DNA from: an uncultured bacterium
Lineage (GTDB): Bacteria > Krumholzibacteriota > Krumholzibacteriia > JACNKJ01
Length of the DNA: 64,000 nucleotides
Reading direction: 5' to 3'
Assembly (NCBI GenBank): GCA_963695095.1
Contig: CAVOFT010000001.1
Coordinates: forward strand, 224,001-288,000
Shown in pieces: positions 18,530 to 29,629 of this stretch. The translations under genes and the position numbers were made by a program. Each line of letters opens with the position of its first letter. The stretch's first letter is position 1. A model generated the notes under the pieces. The model worked only from the letters and a program-made list of their open reading frames with translations, ran no database searches and was not told the DNA's origin.

Positions 18530-19812
18530 ATGAAGCCACCCCGCTCCGACTCGCGCCCCTTTGCCCTGGCTGCAGGGCTTCTCCTCTTCGCACTCGCCTG
18601 CAACTCGGGCGGCGGTGCAGAGCAGCGCGGCGAGGCGCCCACGCCGAGCGTCGAGGCCGTCGCGGCCCGCCAGGGCGCGCTGCCCCTGGTCCAGCGCCTG
18701 AGCGGCGTGGTCAAGGCCACGAACCAGGTCGCCATCAACCCGGAGATCGGCGGCGTCATCACCGAGGTGCTCGTGCGCGACGGCGACGCGGTGAAGGCAG
18801 GCCAGCCGCTCCTGCGCCTGCGCGACAAGGAGTACCGCGACCGCCTCGCCCAGGCCGCCGCCAGCCTGCAGATCGCCGAGGCGCAGCAGCGCCAAGCCGC
18901 GGCCCTGGCCAAGGAGGCCGCCTCGGAGCTGGCCCGCGCGCAGGGCCTGGCCGCCGAGGATCTCGTCAGCAAGGCCCAGCTCGAGGCCGCCGAGACGAAG
19001 GCCGCCTCCGCCCAGGCCGCGCTGGACCTGGCCGACGCGCGCGTCGCGCAGGCCAGGGCCGGTCTCAGCGAGCAGGAGCAGAACCTCGCCCAGACCGAGA
19101 TCCGCGCGCCCGTGGCCGGCCGCGTCGGCGGCCGCAACGCCGAGGTCGGCATGCGCGTGGACAGCGGCACGCGCCTGTTCACCCTGGGCCAGCTCGATCA
19201 CCTGATCGTGGAGATCGTCATCACGGACACCATGCTGGCCTATCTCGAGGTCGGCCAGCCGGCCGAGATCCTGCCCGGCGAGCGCGCCGCCGACCCGCTG
19301 CGCGCGCGGCTCACGCGCATCTCGCCCTTCCTGCACCCGGTCACGCACAGCACGGAGGGCGAGCTGGAAGTGGCCAACGCGGAGGGCCGCCTCACGCCGG
19401 GCATGTTCGTCACCGTGGACGTCTTCTACGGCGAGAGCGAGCAGGCCACGCTGGTGCCGCTGAGCGCCCTCTACGAGCTTCCGACCACGGGCGCGACGGG
19501 CGTGTTCGTCACCGAGGTCGCCGTGGACAGGGAAGCGCTCGCTCCCATCGGCGACGACCCGGTGCCACCTTCACCGCGCCCCTGCCCTTCACGTTCGTGC
19601 CCGTGCAGGTGATCGCCAGGGGCCGCATGGTGGCCGGCATCGCGGGTGTGGCGCCGGGGCAGTGGGTGGTGACCATCGGCCAGCACCTGCTCGGCGAGGG
19701 CACGCCCAAGGCGCGCGTGCGCCCGGTGAAGTGGGACTGGGTGGAGAAGCTGCAAAACCTGCAACGGGAAGACCTGATGCAGGAAAGCCCCCCGCGCGAG
19801 CCCTCGTCCTAG
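18530..19812 (+). CDS. RND efflux periplasmic adaptor (MFP) lipoprotein; frameshift near 19565
   Basis: Lipobox ALAC, V.DGDAVKAGQPL, IRAPVAG, LTPGMFV; C-terminus (GQWVVTIGQHLL) continues in another frame to 19812. Confidence 0.85.
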
Positions 19813-19821
19813 GAGCCGGCC

Positions 19822-22800
19822 ATGAAGCTCACCGAGACCGCCGTCCACCGGCCCATTGCCACCACGATGGTCTTTCTCATCATCATCGTGCTGGGCATCA
19901 CCGCCTTCCGCTACCTGCCCGTGGATCTGCTGCCGCAGATCGAGTACCCGCAGCTCACCGTGCGCACGAACTATCCCAACGTGGGCCCGGAGGAGATCGA
20001 GAATCTCATCACGGACCGCATCGAGAACGCGCTGGCCGGCGTGCCCAACGTGGAGCGCATGCGCTCGAACTCCGAGGAGGGCGGCAGCAGCGTCACGCTG
20101 GAGTTCGCGCAGGGCACGAACATCGACGAGGCCGCCAACGACGTGCGCGCGGCGCTCGACCGCGTGCGCGACGCCTTCCCGCCCGAAGTCCAGTCGCCGC
20201 GCCTGTGGAAGTTCGACCCGGACAACTTCCCCGTCGTGGTGCTGGGCGCCAGCTCGCCGCGCGGCCTCGAGGAGCTGACCCGCCTGCTCGAGCGCGAGAT
20301 CGCCCAGCGCTTCGAGCAGATCCCCGGCGCCGGCGCGGTGGACGTCTTCGGCGGCATCTATCGCGAGATCCAGGTGCGCCTGCGCCGCGACCGCCTCGCC
20401 TCCAGCCGGCTCACGGCCACCGACGTGCAGCAGGCCCTCGAGCGCGAGAACGTCACCCTGCCCGGCGGGGACCTGCGCGAGGGCCTGAGCGACCTCTACG
20501 TGCGCACCCGCGGCGAGTACGAGACGGTGGACCAGATCGCGCAGACCATCATCACGGTGATCGACGGCAAGCCCATCCGCGTGGGCGACGTGGCCGAGGT
20601 GGTGGACGGCCAGGCCGACGTGAACCGCATCGTGCAGATCGACGGCAAGCCGATGGTGCGCCTGGCCGTGCGCAAGCAGTCGGGCGCGAACACGGTGGAG
20701 GTGGCGCGCGCCGCCCGCGCCGAGATGGAGAGAATCAACGCCGAGCGCGAGGACCTCGAGCTGCTGCTCGTCATGGACCAGAGCGCCTTCATCCAGAACT
20801 CCATCGACAACGTGAAGAAGTCCGCGCTCTGGGGCGGCCTGCTGGCGATCTTCGTCCTCTACCTGTTCCTGCGCCACCGCTCGACCACCATCATCATCGC
20901 GCTGGCGATTCCCATCTCCATCATCGCCTCCTTCGGTCTGCTCTACTTCGGCAAGCTCACGCTGAACCAGATGAGCTTCGGCGGCCTGGCCCTGGGCATC
21001 GGCATGGTGGTGGACAGCGCCATCGTCGTGCTCGAGAACATCGTGCGCCGGCGCGAGGACGGCCTCGCGCCCACGGAGGCCGCGCTCAGCGGCACCCAGC
21101 AGGTGACGGGGGCCATCATCGCCTCCACGCTGACCACCATGGTCATCTTCCTGCCCGTGGTCTTCATGCAGACCATCTCGGGCATCCTCTTTCGCGAGCT
21201 GGCCCTGGTGGTGGTCTTCGCCCTCGCCTGCGCGCTCTTCGTGGCGCTCACCCTGGTGCCCATGCTCAGCGGCCGCTACCTGCACGTCGCCGCGGACGAG
21301 GGCAGCTCCCGCCGCGGCGCCTGGCTGCGCGCGGTGGAAGGCGCCTACGCCCGCTGGCTGGCGGCGACCCTGCGGCGGCCGAAGACCGTGGTGGGCGTGA
21401 CGCTCCTGCTGCTCGGCGGGGCCATCGGCCTCTGGCAGCTCCTGCCCGTTGAGCTGGCCCCCCAGACCGATGCCGACGAGGTCAGCATCGAGCTGGAGAT
21501 GGCCCAGGGCACGAACATCGCCGTGGTGAAGGAGTACCTGGGCGAGCTGGAGCGCGTGGTGCGCGAGGCCACGCCGATGGACCAGCTCGAGCACATGAGC
21601 ATCCAGATCCGCGGTGGCGACGCCGAGGTGGAGCTGGCCCTGCTCGGCGCCGACGAGCGCACGATGGACAGCCAGGTGATCGCCGACGAGATCCGCCGCC
21701 GCGTGGTGGGCCGCATCCCGGGCGCCGAGCTGCGCGTGCGGGCCCAGTCCGGGCTCTGGATGCTTCGGCGCCTTTTCGGCTCGGGCGGCGGCGAGGCCGT
21801 GGAGCTGGAGCTGCGCGGCTACGACCTGGAGCGGGCGGATCAGCTCGCCCAGCAGATTCGCAGCGTCATGCAAGGGGTGCCCGATGTGGCCGACGTGCGC
21901 GTGAGCCGCCGGGAGGGGCGGCCCGAGCAGAACCTGATCGTCGACCGCGAGAAGATCGCCCAGCTCGGCCTCTCGGTGAGCCAGGTGGCGCGGGTGATCC
22001 AGGCCAACGTGGGCGGCAGCCAGGCGGGCGTCTTCCGCGAGGGGGGCGAGGAGTACCCCATCGTCGTGCGGCTGCGGCCCGAGGACCGCCTCAGCGCGCT
22101 CGATCTCGGCAACATCACCGTGCGCAGCGCGAACGGTGAGATCGTGCCCGTCTCGGCGGTGCTGCGCGCCGAGCGCCGGCGCGGGCCGACGGGCATCGCC
22201 CGCGTCGACGGCCAGCGCGTGACCACGATCACCGCCAATCTCGCCGCGGGCGCGGCCCTCGGCGACGTGGTCGAGCGCCTGCAGGACGAGCTGCGCTCGC
22301 TGGCCCTGCCGGCGGACTTCTCGCTCGTCTTCAGCGGCGAGTACGAGGAGCAGCAGAAGGCGCGGCGGGACTTCATCCTCAGCATCGTGATCGCGCTGGT
22401 GCTGATCTACATGGTGATGGCCGCGCAGTTCGAGCGCTACCTCGACCCGCTGATCGTGATGGTCTCGGTGCCGCTGGCCATCGTCGGCGTGGTGCCCACG
22501 CTGCTGCTCACGGGCACGAGCCTGAACGTGCAGAGCCTGATGGGCATCATCATGCTCATCGGCATCGTCGTGAACAACGCCATCGTGCTGGTGGACTACA
22601 TCAACCTCATGCGCCGCGAGGAAGGGCTGGCCGTGCGCGAGGCGGTGCTGCGCGCTGGACAGCGGCGCCTGCGCCCCATCCTGATGACCACGGCGACGAC
22701 GGTGCTCGGCATGCTGCCGCTCGCCATCGGCGGCGGCGCGGGCGGCGAGATCCAGGCCGCCCTGGCCCGCGCGGTCATCGGCGGGCTCTCGGCCTCCACC

Positions 22801-22917
22801 CTGATCACGCTCTTCCTGATTCCCACGGTCTACGCCGGCGTCTACGGCCTGCTCGAGCGGCGCGGCGCGCGTGCCCAGGCGGCGCCGGCGCCCCGAGAGC
22901 AGGCGGAGCCCGCGTAG
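19822..22917 (+). CDS. RND efflux transporter permease (AcrB/AcrD/AcrF family)
   Basis: 1031 aa; [46 protein letters not shown]. Confidence 0.95.
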   Translation: MKLTETAVHRPIATTMVFLIIIVLGITAFRYLPVDLLPQIEYPQLTVRTNYPNVGPEEIENLITDRIENALAGVPNVERMRSNSEEGGSSVTLEFAQGTNIDEAANDVRAALDRVRDAFPPEVQSPRLWKFDPDNFPVVVLGASSPRGLEELTRLLEREIAQRFEQIPGAGAVDVFGGIYREIQVRLRRDRLASSRLTATDVQQALERENVTLPGGDLREGLSDLYVRTRGEYETVDQIAQTIITVIDGKPIRVGDVAEVVDGQADVNRIVQIDGKPMVRLAVRKQSGANTVEVARAARAEMERINAEREDLELLLVMDQSAFIQNSIDNVKKSALWGGLLAIFVLYLFLRHRSTTIIIALAIPISIIASFGLLYFGKLTLNQMSFGGLALGIGMVVDSAIVVLENIVRRREDGLAPTEAALSGTQQVTGAIIASTLTTMVIFLPVVFMQTISGILFRELALVVVFALACALFVALTLVPMLSGRYLHVAADEGSSRRGAWLRAVEGAYARWLAATLRRPKTVVGVTLLLLGGAIGLWQLLPVELAPQTDADEVSIELEMAQGTNIAVVKEYLGELERVVREATPMDQLEHMSIQIRGGDAEVELALLGADERTMDSQVIADEIRRRVVGRIPGAELRVRAQSGLWMLRRLFGSGGGEAVELELRGYDLERADQLAQQIRSVMQGVPDVADVRVSRREGRPEQNLIVDREKIAQLGLSVSQVARVIQANVGGSQAGVFREGGEEYPIVVRLRPEDRLSALDLGNITVRSANGEIVPVSAVLRAERRRGPTGIARVDGQRVTTITANLAAGAALGDVVERLQDELRSLALPADFSLVFSGEYEEQQKARRDFILSIVIALVLIYMVMAAQFERYLDPLIVMVSVPLAIVGVVPTLLLTGTSLNVQSLMGIIMLIGIVVNNAIVLVDYINLMRREEGLAVREAVLRAGQRRLRPILMTTATTVLGMLPLAIGGGAGGEIQAALARAVIGGLSASTLITLFLIPTVYAGVYGLLERRGARAQAAPAPREQAEPA

Positions 22918-23040
22918 GCGAAGTCGGCACGGGTCGAAAGATCGCGGGAGATTTCTCCGGGTTGCCAAATGAGGCCGCCAACGCCCACCGCAGGGGCGTC
23001 GCCCCCCTCATTGCCGACCCACAGCCCGGAGCGTTTTCCA

Positions 23041-23493
23041 ATGCGATCCACCCTCGTCGCAACCGCGCTATTCCTTGTGCTTCCCTTCACATGCCTTGCC
23101 GCCGAGGAGGCCCTCGCCCCGAGCGATGCCGGCCTCGCGCTCGAGGCACCGGCTCCGGGCGGCAGCGAGCCGGCCACGCCGAGCGCCGACCCCTTCATGG
23201 CCGCCGTGCGCGCCGCCCTCGCCGAGCAGGACGCGGCCGTCGCCGCCCTGCAGCGGGCCATGGACGCCGCTCCTGACGAGGCCACGGCCCTGGCCCGGCA
23301 GCGGGAGATCCAGGACGTGAAGCAGGAGACGGAGCTGGCCATCCTCCGCCTGCAGGCCGAGCGCGCACTCGCCGAGGGACGCGCCGAACTGGCCGCCGAG
23401 ATCGCCGCCGCCATCGACGCCATCAAGAACCCGCCGCTGCCCCTGGTGGCGACGCAGCGCGACGAGCCGGCGGTCCCCGCCGGCGAGCGCTAG
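23041..23493 (+). CDS. Secreted alpha-helical hypothetical protein
   Basis: Signal peptide, coiled-coil-like body, 10 nt from the next gene. Confidence 0.75.
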   Translation: MRSTLVATALFLVLPFTCLAAEEALAPSDAGLALEAPAPGGSEPATPSADPFMAAVRAALAEQDAAVAALQRAMDAAPDEATALARQREIQDVKQETELAILRLQAERALAEGRAELAAEIAAAIDAIKNPPLPLVATQRDEPAVPAGER

Positions 23494-23503
23494 GGGGCCG
23501 GCC

Positions 23504-26500
23504 ATGTCGCGCAGCCTGCGCGCCGCCCTCGGGGCGGCCCTGCTCGTCTTCTTCGCCCTGCCCGCCGGCGCCACCCTCGGCCCCGGCGTCAAGGTCACTC
23601 CCCAGGCCGATGCGCCCACGCCGAGCGCGGGCACCGTCTTCGCGCATGGCGTGGAGATCGAGGTGGGCCGGGCGCTGGCGCTCAGCGACTTCGCGCTGGC
23701 GGGCGACGGCTGGAGCCTGCTCGCCCTCGACGCGCCCGCCGAGCGCGCCCTCGTTCCCGGCGAGCGCCTGCGCGTGGACTTCCGCGCCTTGCCCTCCCGC
23801 GGCGCCGGTCCGCTCACGCTGAGCTTTCTGGCCGACGGCCGCCGGGTCGCCAAGCGCCTGGACTACGATCCCGCGCGCCGCGCGGCCCTCGCCGCCGGCG
23901 CCGCCCTGGGCCAGCAGCCCGGCACGGGCGAAACGCCCCAGCTCGCGCCGGGCCGGCGCCCCGCGCAGGAGGAACCCGCGCCCGGCGCGCCGCAGCGCGG
24001 GGATCGCGACGGCCAGAACCGCACGATCACGGTGTCGGGCCGCATGGTCTACGAGCGCGAGGACGGGCTCACCCTCGGCGTGGACCGGGCGCTCGTCCAG
24101 GTCTTCGACCAGAACTGGCCGGTCAACCTGATGCAGGTGGAAGGCTACACGGACACGCAGGGCTACTTCAGTCTGAACTTCGAGTGGGCGGAGTGCGCCT
24201 GGTGCGAGCCCGACCCGGACCTCTTCATCCGCCTGGAGGCGCGCAACACGCACACCCAGGTGCAGGACTCCAGCTGGGAGATCAACTACTCCTGGGTGAC
24301 GGGCACCTGGACCAACTACGGCGGCACGAACCTGAACATCGGCACCTGGGAGCCCGCGGACGAGTCGCTGCACCCGGCGCTGCACATCCTCACCGGCATC
24401 ACGCGCACCTGGCGCTGGCTCTCCACCCGCGAGGGCTACAACACTCCGCCCGTGGACGTGCAGTGGCCCGAGCCGCCGGGGGCGAGCTACTACGACAGCT
24501 TCTGGCAGGAAATCCACATCACCGAGGAGAAGCAGTGGTGGGAGTCCACGCAGAGCCACGAGTACGGCCACCACTGGATCAACAACTACGCCGAGGACCT
24601 GCCGCCCGACTACTGCAACGGCTACTGCGATGGCAACGCCCAGCAGGGCGACTGCGGCCACTGCATGTGGTGCCCGGAGACGACCGCCGTTGCCTTCAGC
24701 GAGGGCTGGCCCAACTGGCTGGCCGACGTGATCACGCGCTCCTACCCGGTCGACTACGGCGCGACCGCCCTCTTTCCGCGCGATCAGGAGGATCTCGACA
24801 TCTGCGGGCAGACCGGGCTCTTCGCCGAGGCCGAGCTGACCGAGGGCTTCTTCGGTGCCCTGATGCGCGACCTCGAGGACGGCGTCTCCAGCGACGACGA
24901 GCACGGCCTGCCCGGCGCCGACGGCCTCAGCGACCGGCTCGCCCTGGGCACGAACGAGATCTTCGACATCATCGACACCTTCCATCCCCTCACGCCGGCG
25001 GCCTTCCTCAACCAAGCCAAGATCACCCTCGCCGCGCAAGCGGAGGACCTCTGGGAGACGGCGGCCAACTGCGGCTTTCAGACCGACAACGGCGCCGGGC
25101 CGGGCCTGGCGGGCAATCTCAGCTCGCCCAGCCACCCCGAGGGCGTGGAGGTGGCCGACTACACCCCGACCCTCACCTGGAGTCGTCCCGTCGACGACGC
25201 CTCGGGCGTGGGCAGCTATCGCGTGCTCTGGACGGAGGACGCGCCCTGCAATCCCCTCGATGCCGGTCCCGGCTGGTGCCCGGGCGTGAACGGCAGCGAC
25301 GTGGAGACGATCGGCGACGTGACCAGCTACGACAGCGGCGCGCAGGGCGTCACCCTGCTGCCGGGCCGCGACTACTACTTCAACATCGTCGCCCAGGATC
25401 GGGCCGGCAACTTCGGCGAGAGCTACGCCTCCTACGGGCCGATCCGCATTCGCCAGCCGGAACCGGCGAACCTGGCCCACACCCTGCGCGCGGGCTGGGC
25501 CTACGAGGTGGTGCCCCGCGCCACGAACGACGCCTCCGGCAGCAGCGTGCCCATCTCGGCTTCGCTGCCGGGCAACGCCAGCTCCACCTATCTCAACATG
25601 AGCGGCCGCAATTTCGGCGAGTCGGCCACGAGCGGCAACGTGCTCATGCGGCTCTACGTGGACGACGCCTACCGCTACTACCTCGCCTGGGGACCCTGGA
25701 GCGCGGGCGGCAACTACTACGCCAACAATTTCGGCCCGATCTCGATCCGCGGCGGCCGGCACACCTACGAGTCGCGCCTGGATCCGCTGGAGACGATCGC
25801 CGAAACGAACGAGACGGACAACAACTGGGGCCGCCAGTGGATCTGGACGCCCTACGACCTCGCGCCGGGGCTGCCGGTCACGCGCAGCGCGCCGCCCGCG
25901 CCCACGGGCGGCTGGGGCTCTGTCGGCGGCCAGTCGCTCTACTATAACTGCGACGGCTTCCGCTTCAGCACGGACGGCTGGTACAACGCCGTCGTCCTCG
26001 TTCCCGGCAATGCCGCGCAGGACTACGACCTGCGCCTGCACGCGCCCAGCTCGGGCGCCACGAACGGCTTCGGCGCCAACCTCGGCTGGAGCGGCCGCGG
26101 CCCCGGCAAGCTGAATGCCGTGATCGCCAACAAGTACCAGACCGGCAGCGCCGACTACGATGTCGGCGTGCTGAACTGGGCCGGCGCCGGCGACTTCACG
26201 ATCGAGCAGGTGCTCAGCACGCCCTTCCCCATCGGCGACTCGCTGACGATCACGATGCCGGCCGGCAAGCTGCTCACCTTGCACGACTTCTTCGTCTTCG
26301 AGGAGAACGTGGGGCCGGTGAGCATCTCGATCGAGGCCGACCCGGCGGCGGGGCCGCTGCACCTGTTCTGGCTGGCCGAGGACTTCGCGGTGGGCGACCT
26401 GCTCGATGCCGATGCCATGGCGACCACGGATGCCAGCGGCCGCGCGCGGCTCGATTTCGCGGTGCCGGACTTCGGCTTCAACGGCTTCGGCATCTACCGG

Positions 26501-27970
26501 GATCCGGACTTCACGCGCAACGGCGAGATCCAGGTTGTGGTTGAATTGCAGAACACGCCGCCGGACTTCCTGCCCTGGACCTTCGCCGGCTGGCACTCGC
26601 CCCTGGTGCCCCGACCCGCGAACGACGGCCAGACGAACAGCGTCGCCCTGCCGGATACCCTGCATGGCAACCTCAGCTCGACCTGGCTGAACATCGGCGT
26701 GCGCAACGAGAGCCCCACCGGCGCCAGCGGTCTGCAGGGGCGCATCTACCGGGACGGCGTCTACTTCGCCTGGCTCGCCTGGGGCTGGTTCGGCGGCTAC
26801 GCGAGCAGCCCCTTCAACTGGGGCCAGGTGATGAACTTCGGCGGCGGCCGCCACGCCCTGAGCGTGCGGCTGGACGGCGGGGAGACGATCGAGGAGATCG
26901 ACGAGGAGAACAACGTCTACGGCGAGCAGTACGTGTGGAGCCCATTGCAGCTCGCCAACGACACGCCGGGCCTGCACGCCGCACCGCCGGCCCGCACGGG
27001 CGGCTGGGAGGATCTCGCAAGCGGCGAGCCGATCTGGTTCAACTGCGACGGCCTGCGCGTGCCGGGCAACCACGGCTGGTGGCAGGCCATCGCAACGGTC
27101 CCGAGCCTGGACGAGGACGTGGACCTGCGCCTGCACCCCAAGCTGGTGGGCGCCAAGCAGGGCTTCGCCGAGAACTACGCGGTGAGCGGCTGGGGGCCCA
27201 GCGCCAGCGACTTCGTGCTGATGAACTACAACGGCGCGCCGCAGGCGCCCTTCGACGTCGGCGTGCTCAACCAGAACGCCAGCGGCTTCTATCTCATGGA
27301 GGCCGTGGGCTCGAGCTATCTCGGCGCGAACCCGGACGGCGTCTTCGGCCCCTACACGCTCGGCGTGTACCACCTGCTCGACCTCTACGAGATCCGGCTG
27401 CTGGCCGGCAACGAGTACGTCGTGCTGCTGGAGAACCTGGCCGGCGACGTGGACTGGGGCATCAGCCTGCACATCGGCAGCGATCGCTACCAGAGCAAGA
27501 GCGACGCCTTCCAGGATGCCGCCGCCTGGTTCGCCCCGCCGGGTGAAAACGAGACGCTGCGCCTGAGCCCCACGGTGAACGGCAGCTTCTGCCTCGCGGT
27601 CTGGAAGGTGGGCACGCCGGACGCCGACAAGGCGGGCAGCTACCAGCTGCACATCTACAAGGGCAGCACGCCGGCCGACGATGCGCCGCCCGCGCGCACG
27701 GCCCTGGCCGGCGCCTGGCCCAATCCCTTCAACCCGAGCACCACGCTGGCCTTCGAGCTGGCTGTGCCGGGGGAAGTGCGCCTGGATGTCTACGACGGCG
27801 CGGGGCGGCGACTGCGGCGCCTGGTCGAGGGGCGCTTCGATGTCGGCCGCCACACGGCGGTCTGGGACGGCCGCGACGAGCGCGGGCAGCCCTTGCCCAG
27901 CGGCGTCTACTTCGCGCGCTTCGAAGCGGGGATGCTGGCTCAGAGCCGCAAGCTCGTGCTGCTCAAATGA
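23504..27970 (+). CDS. Large secreted zincin-like metallopeptidase with FN3-like domain, duplicated CARDB-like modules and FlgD-Ig tail
   Basis: Signal peptide, HEYGH and downstream FSEGW, ETNETDNN/EIDEENN repeats, WPNPFNPST...SGVYF...KLVLLK. Confidence 0.85.
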   Translation: MSRSLRAALGAALLVFFALPAGATLGPGVKVTPQADAPTPSAGTVFAHGVEIEVGRALALSDFALAGDGWSLLALDAPAERALVPGERLRVDFRALPSRGAGPLTLSFLADGRRVAKRLDYDPARRAALAAGAALGQQPGTGETPQLAPGRRPAQEEPAPGAPQRGDRDGQNRTITVSGRMVYEREDGLTLGVDRALVQVFDQNWPVNLMQVEGYTDTQGYFSLNFEWAECAWCEPDPDLFIRLEARNTHTQVQDSSWEINYSWVTGTWTNYGGTNLNIGTWEPADESLHPALHILTGITRTWRWLSTREGYNTPPVDVQWPEPPGASYYDSFWQEIHITEEKQWWESTQSHEYGHHWINNYAEDLPPDYCNGYCDGNAQQGDCGHCMWCPETTAVAFSEGWPNWLADVITRSYPVDYGATALFPRDQEDLDICGQTGLFAEAELTEGFFGALMRDLEDGVSSDDEHGLPGADGLSDRLALGTNEIFDIIDTFHPLTPAAFLNQAKITLAAQAEDLWETAANCGFQTDNGAGPGLAGNLSSPSHPEGVEVADYTPTLTWSRPVDDASGVGSYRVLWTEDAPCNPLDAGPGWCPGVNGSDVETIGDVTSYDSGAQGVTLLPGRDYYFNIVAQDRAGNFGESYASYGPIRIRQPEPANLAHTLRAGWAYEVVPRATNDASGSSVPISASLPGNASSTYLNMSGRNFGESATSGNVLMRLYVDDAYRYYLAWGPWSAGGNYYANNFGPISIRGGRHTYESRLDPLETIAETNETDNNWGRQWIWTPYDLAPGLPVTRSAPPAPTGGWGSVGGQSLYYNCDGFRFSTDGWYNAVVLVPGNAAQDYDLRLHAPSSGATNGFGANLGWSGRGPGKLNAVIANKYQTGSADYDVGVLNWAGAGDFTIEQVLSTPFPIGDSLTITMPAGKLLTLHDFFVFEENVGPVSISIEADPAAGPLHLFWLAEDFAVGDLLDADAMATTDASGRARLDFAVPDFGFNGFGIYRDPDFTRNGEIQVVVELQNTPPDFLPWTFAGWHSPLVPRPANDGQTNSVALPDTLHGNLSSTWLNIGVRNESPTGASGLQGRIYRDGVYFAWLAWGWFGGYASSPFNWGQVMNFGGGRHALSVRLDGGETIEEIDEENNVYGEQYVWSPLQLANDTPGLHAAPPARTGGWEDLASGEPIWFNCDGLRVPGNHGWWQAIATVPSLDEDVDLRLHPKLVGAKQGFAENYAVSGWGPSASDFVLMNYNGAPQAPFDVGVLNQNASGFYLMEAVGSSYLGANPDGVFGPYTLGVYHLLDLYEIRLLAGNEYVVLLENLAGDVDWGISLHIGSDRYQSKSDAFQDAAAWFAPPGENETLRLSPTVNGSFCLAVWKVGTPDADKAGSYQLHIYKGSTPADDAPPARTALAGAWPNPFNPSTTLAFELAVPGEVRLDVYDGAGRRLRRLVEGRFDVGRHTAVWDGRDERGQPLPSGVYFARFEAGMLAQSRKLVLLK

Positions 27971-27998
27971 CCGGCCGGCCGTAGCGCAGCTGATAGCG

Positions 27999-28032
27999 GG
28001 CCAGGGACTTGCCACGTGGCAAGTCCCTGGCC
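27999..28032. repeat. 34-bp perfect palindrome centred on TTGCCACGTGGCAA, between convergent genes
   Basis: ggccagggacttgccacgtggcaagtccctggcc. Confidence 0.85.
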
Positions 28033-28039
28033 TCTCGCT

Positions 28040-29629
28040 TCAGCCGAAGTAGCGGTAGTAGGGCCGGGCCGCTTCCAGCGGCCCCTTGCGATGCCGGCAG
28101 ATGTAGATGTTCGCGCCGCCCTCGTAGTCGATGGCGAAGGGGACCGCCAGCCGCCGCCAGAGTGTGACTTCCTCGTAGGCCCCGCGCAGCGCTTCTTCGT
28201 TCAGGTTCACAGCGATCGCCGTGTCGCCGCTGCGCCCCTCGGGCCACCAGTACCAGTAGTTGTTGTGCCCGCAGACCGTGGGCGGCAGGTCCAGCCCCCG
28301 CTTGCGATAGTAGTCGGCAGCGCCGGCCTGGCCGTAGTTCGAAACGAGCAGCAGGCAGTCCGCGCGCTCCGCCTCGCTGAGCGTGGCGTAGGCCGCGGCC
28401 TCGGCTTCGGCCTGTTCCCACCAGGCGAAGTGATCGGCGAGATGCTGGGGCAGGGTCTGGTTCTGGTGTGAGAACTCGGAGGGCGCGGGCTGCAGATGCG
28501 TCGCGTTCAGATAGCGCGCTGTGGCCGCCGGTGAGAGCACAGGCAGGCAGAGGGGCAGCGTGAAGAGTCCGCCGAGCACGAGCAGCACGCCGAGCACCGG
28601 GATGCCCGGCCGCCAGCGGCGCTGGAGCCAGCCGGCCAGGGCCACGGCGCCCGCCGCCAGGATCAGCGGCTGCGCGGACGCCAGGTAGTAGGACTTGCCG
28701 TGGCGGAGCATCAGCGCCAGGGCGGCAACGGGCCAGATCCAGGCCAGGGCGCGCAGGGGGCGCAGGGCCCGCGCCGCGAAGAGCCAGACGGCGCCCAGCA
28801 CCCAGAGCAGCAGGTTGAAGGGATGCGTCTCCAGCGCCACCTCGGCGAGGAAGGCGGGCGGCGACAGGGGGACCATCTTCCCGGCGCGGGCATTGGCCAT
28901 GAACTCCAGCGTGGGCCAGCCCAGGCGCTGTTGCCAGATCAGGTGGGGCGCGAAGAGGGCCAGTGCGATCGCGGCCGCCAGCCAGGGGCCGGGCCGCGCG
29001 AAGTGTCGCCGCGCCGGCGTGGCCAGCAGCCCCGCGGCCAGGCCCGCGCCGAGCAGCAGCACGCTGATCTTGTTGAGCAGGCCCAGGCCCAGCAAGACGC
29101 CCAGCCAAAGCCAGGGTGCGAGCCCGCCGCGGTCGGCCGTCCTGCCCTCGGAGCGGCGCAAGATGCGGACGAGCAGCAGCGCGGCGCCCACCCAGACCAG
29201 GGGCTCGAAGGCGTTCATCGAGTAGAAGGCCGAGGTGACGAGCAGCGCGGGGGCGATGAGCACGGCGCCTGCGGCCAGACCCTGCGCTGCGCGGCGCCCG
29301 CCCAGATCGCGCGCGAGTGCGCCGCTCAGGAAGACCAAGGCCGCGCCCGCGGCCGCGGGCAGGAGCCGAATCCCCCAGATCAGCTCGCCGCCGATCAGCG
29401 CCCGCCAGCCGGCGAGCAGGGCGATGGACAGCGGCGGATGGTCCACGTAGCCCCAGGCGAGGTGGTCCGCGCAGGCGAAGTAGTAGAACTCGTCGCGGAA
29501 GGGGCCCCAGCGTCCGTTCGTGGCCAGGTGCAGGAGCGCGTGCAGAGCGGCGAGGCCGAGCAGCAGTCGCCAGGCCAGCGGCGGCGCGCTCTCTCGGGTG
29601 ACGGGTTCCTGCGCCGCGCCGGCCATCAT
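28040..29629 (-). CDS. Glycosyltransferase family 39 (ArnT/PMT-like) membrane protein
   Basis: FRDEFYYFAC..LAWGYVDHPPL, multiple TM, NYGQAGA, GHNNYWYW; ATGA overlap with upstream gene. Confidence 0.88.
   Translation of the reverse strand: MMAGAAQEPVTRESAPPLAWRLLLGLAALHALLHLATNGRWGPFRDEFYYFACADHLAWGYVDHPPLSIALLAGWRALIGGELIWGIRLLPAAAGAALVFLSGALARDLGGRRAAQGLAAGAVLIAPALLVTSAFYSMNAFEPLVWVGAALLLVRILRRSEGRTADRGGLAPWLWLGVLLGLGLLNKISVLLLGAGLAAGLLATPARRHFARPGPWLAAAIALALFAPHLIWQQRLGWPTLEFMANARAGKMVPLSPPAFLAEVALETHPFNLLLWVLGAVWLFAARALRPLRALAWIWPVAALALMLRHGKSYYLASAQPLILAAGAVALAGWLQRRWRPGIPVLGVLLVLGGLFTLPLCLPVLSPAATARYLNATHLQPAPSEFSHQNQTLPQHLADHFAWWEQAEAEAAAYATLSEAERADCLLLVSNYGQAGAADYYRKRGLDLPPTVCGHNNYWYWWPEGRSGDTAIAVNLNEEALRGAYEEVTLWRRLAVPFAIDYEGGANIYICRHRKGPLEAARPYYRYFG

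Noticed and set aside
19471..28015. Very long antisense ORFs (e.g. 19471-22968, 23423-28015; also 36809-39568 and 58782-62549)
   Set aside because: Shadow ORFs expected opposite high-GC3 genes; no motifs, and the opposite strand has clear family signatures
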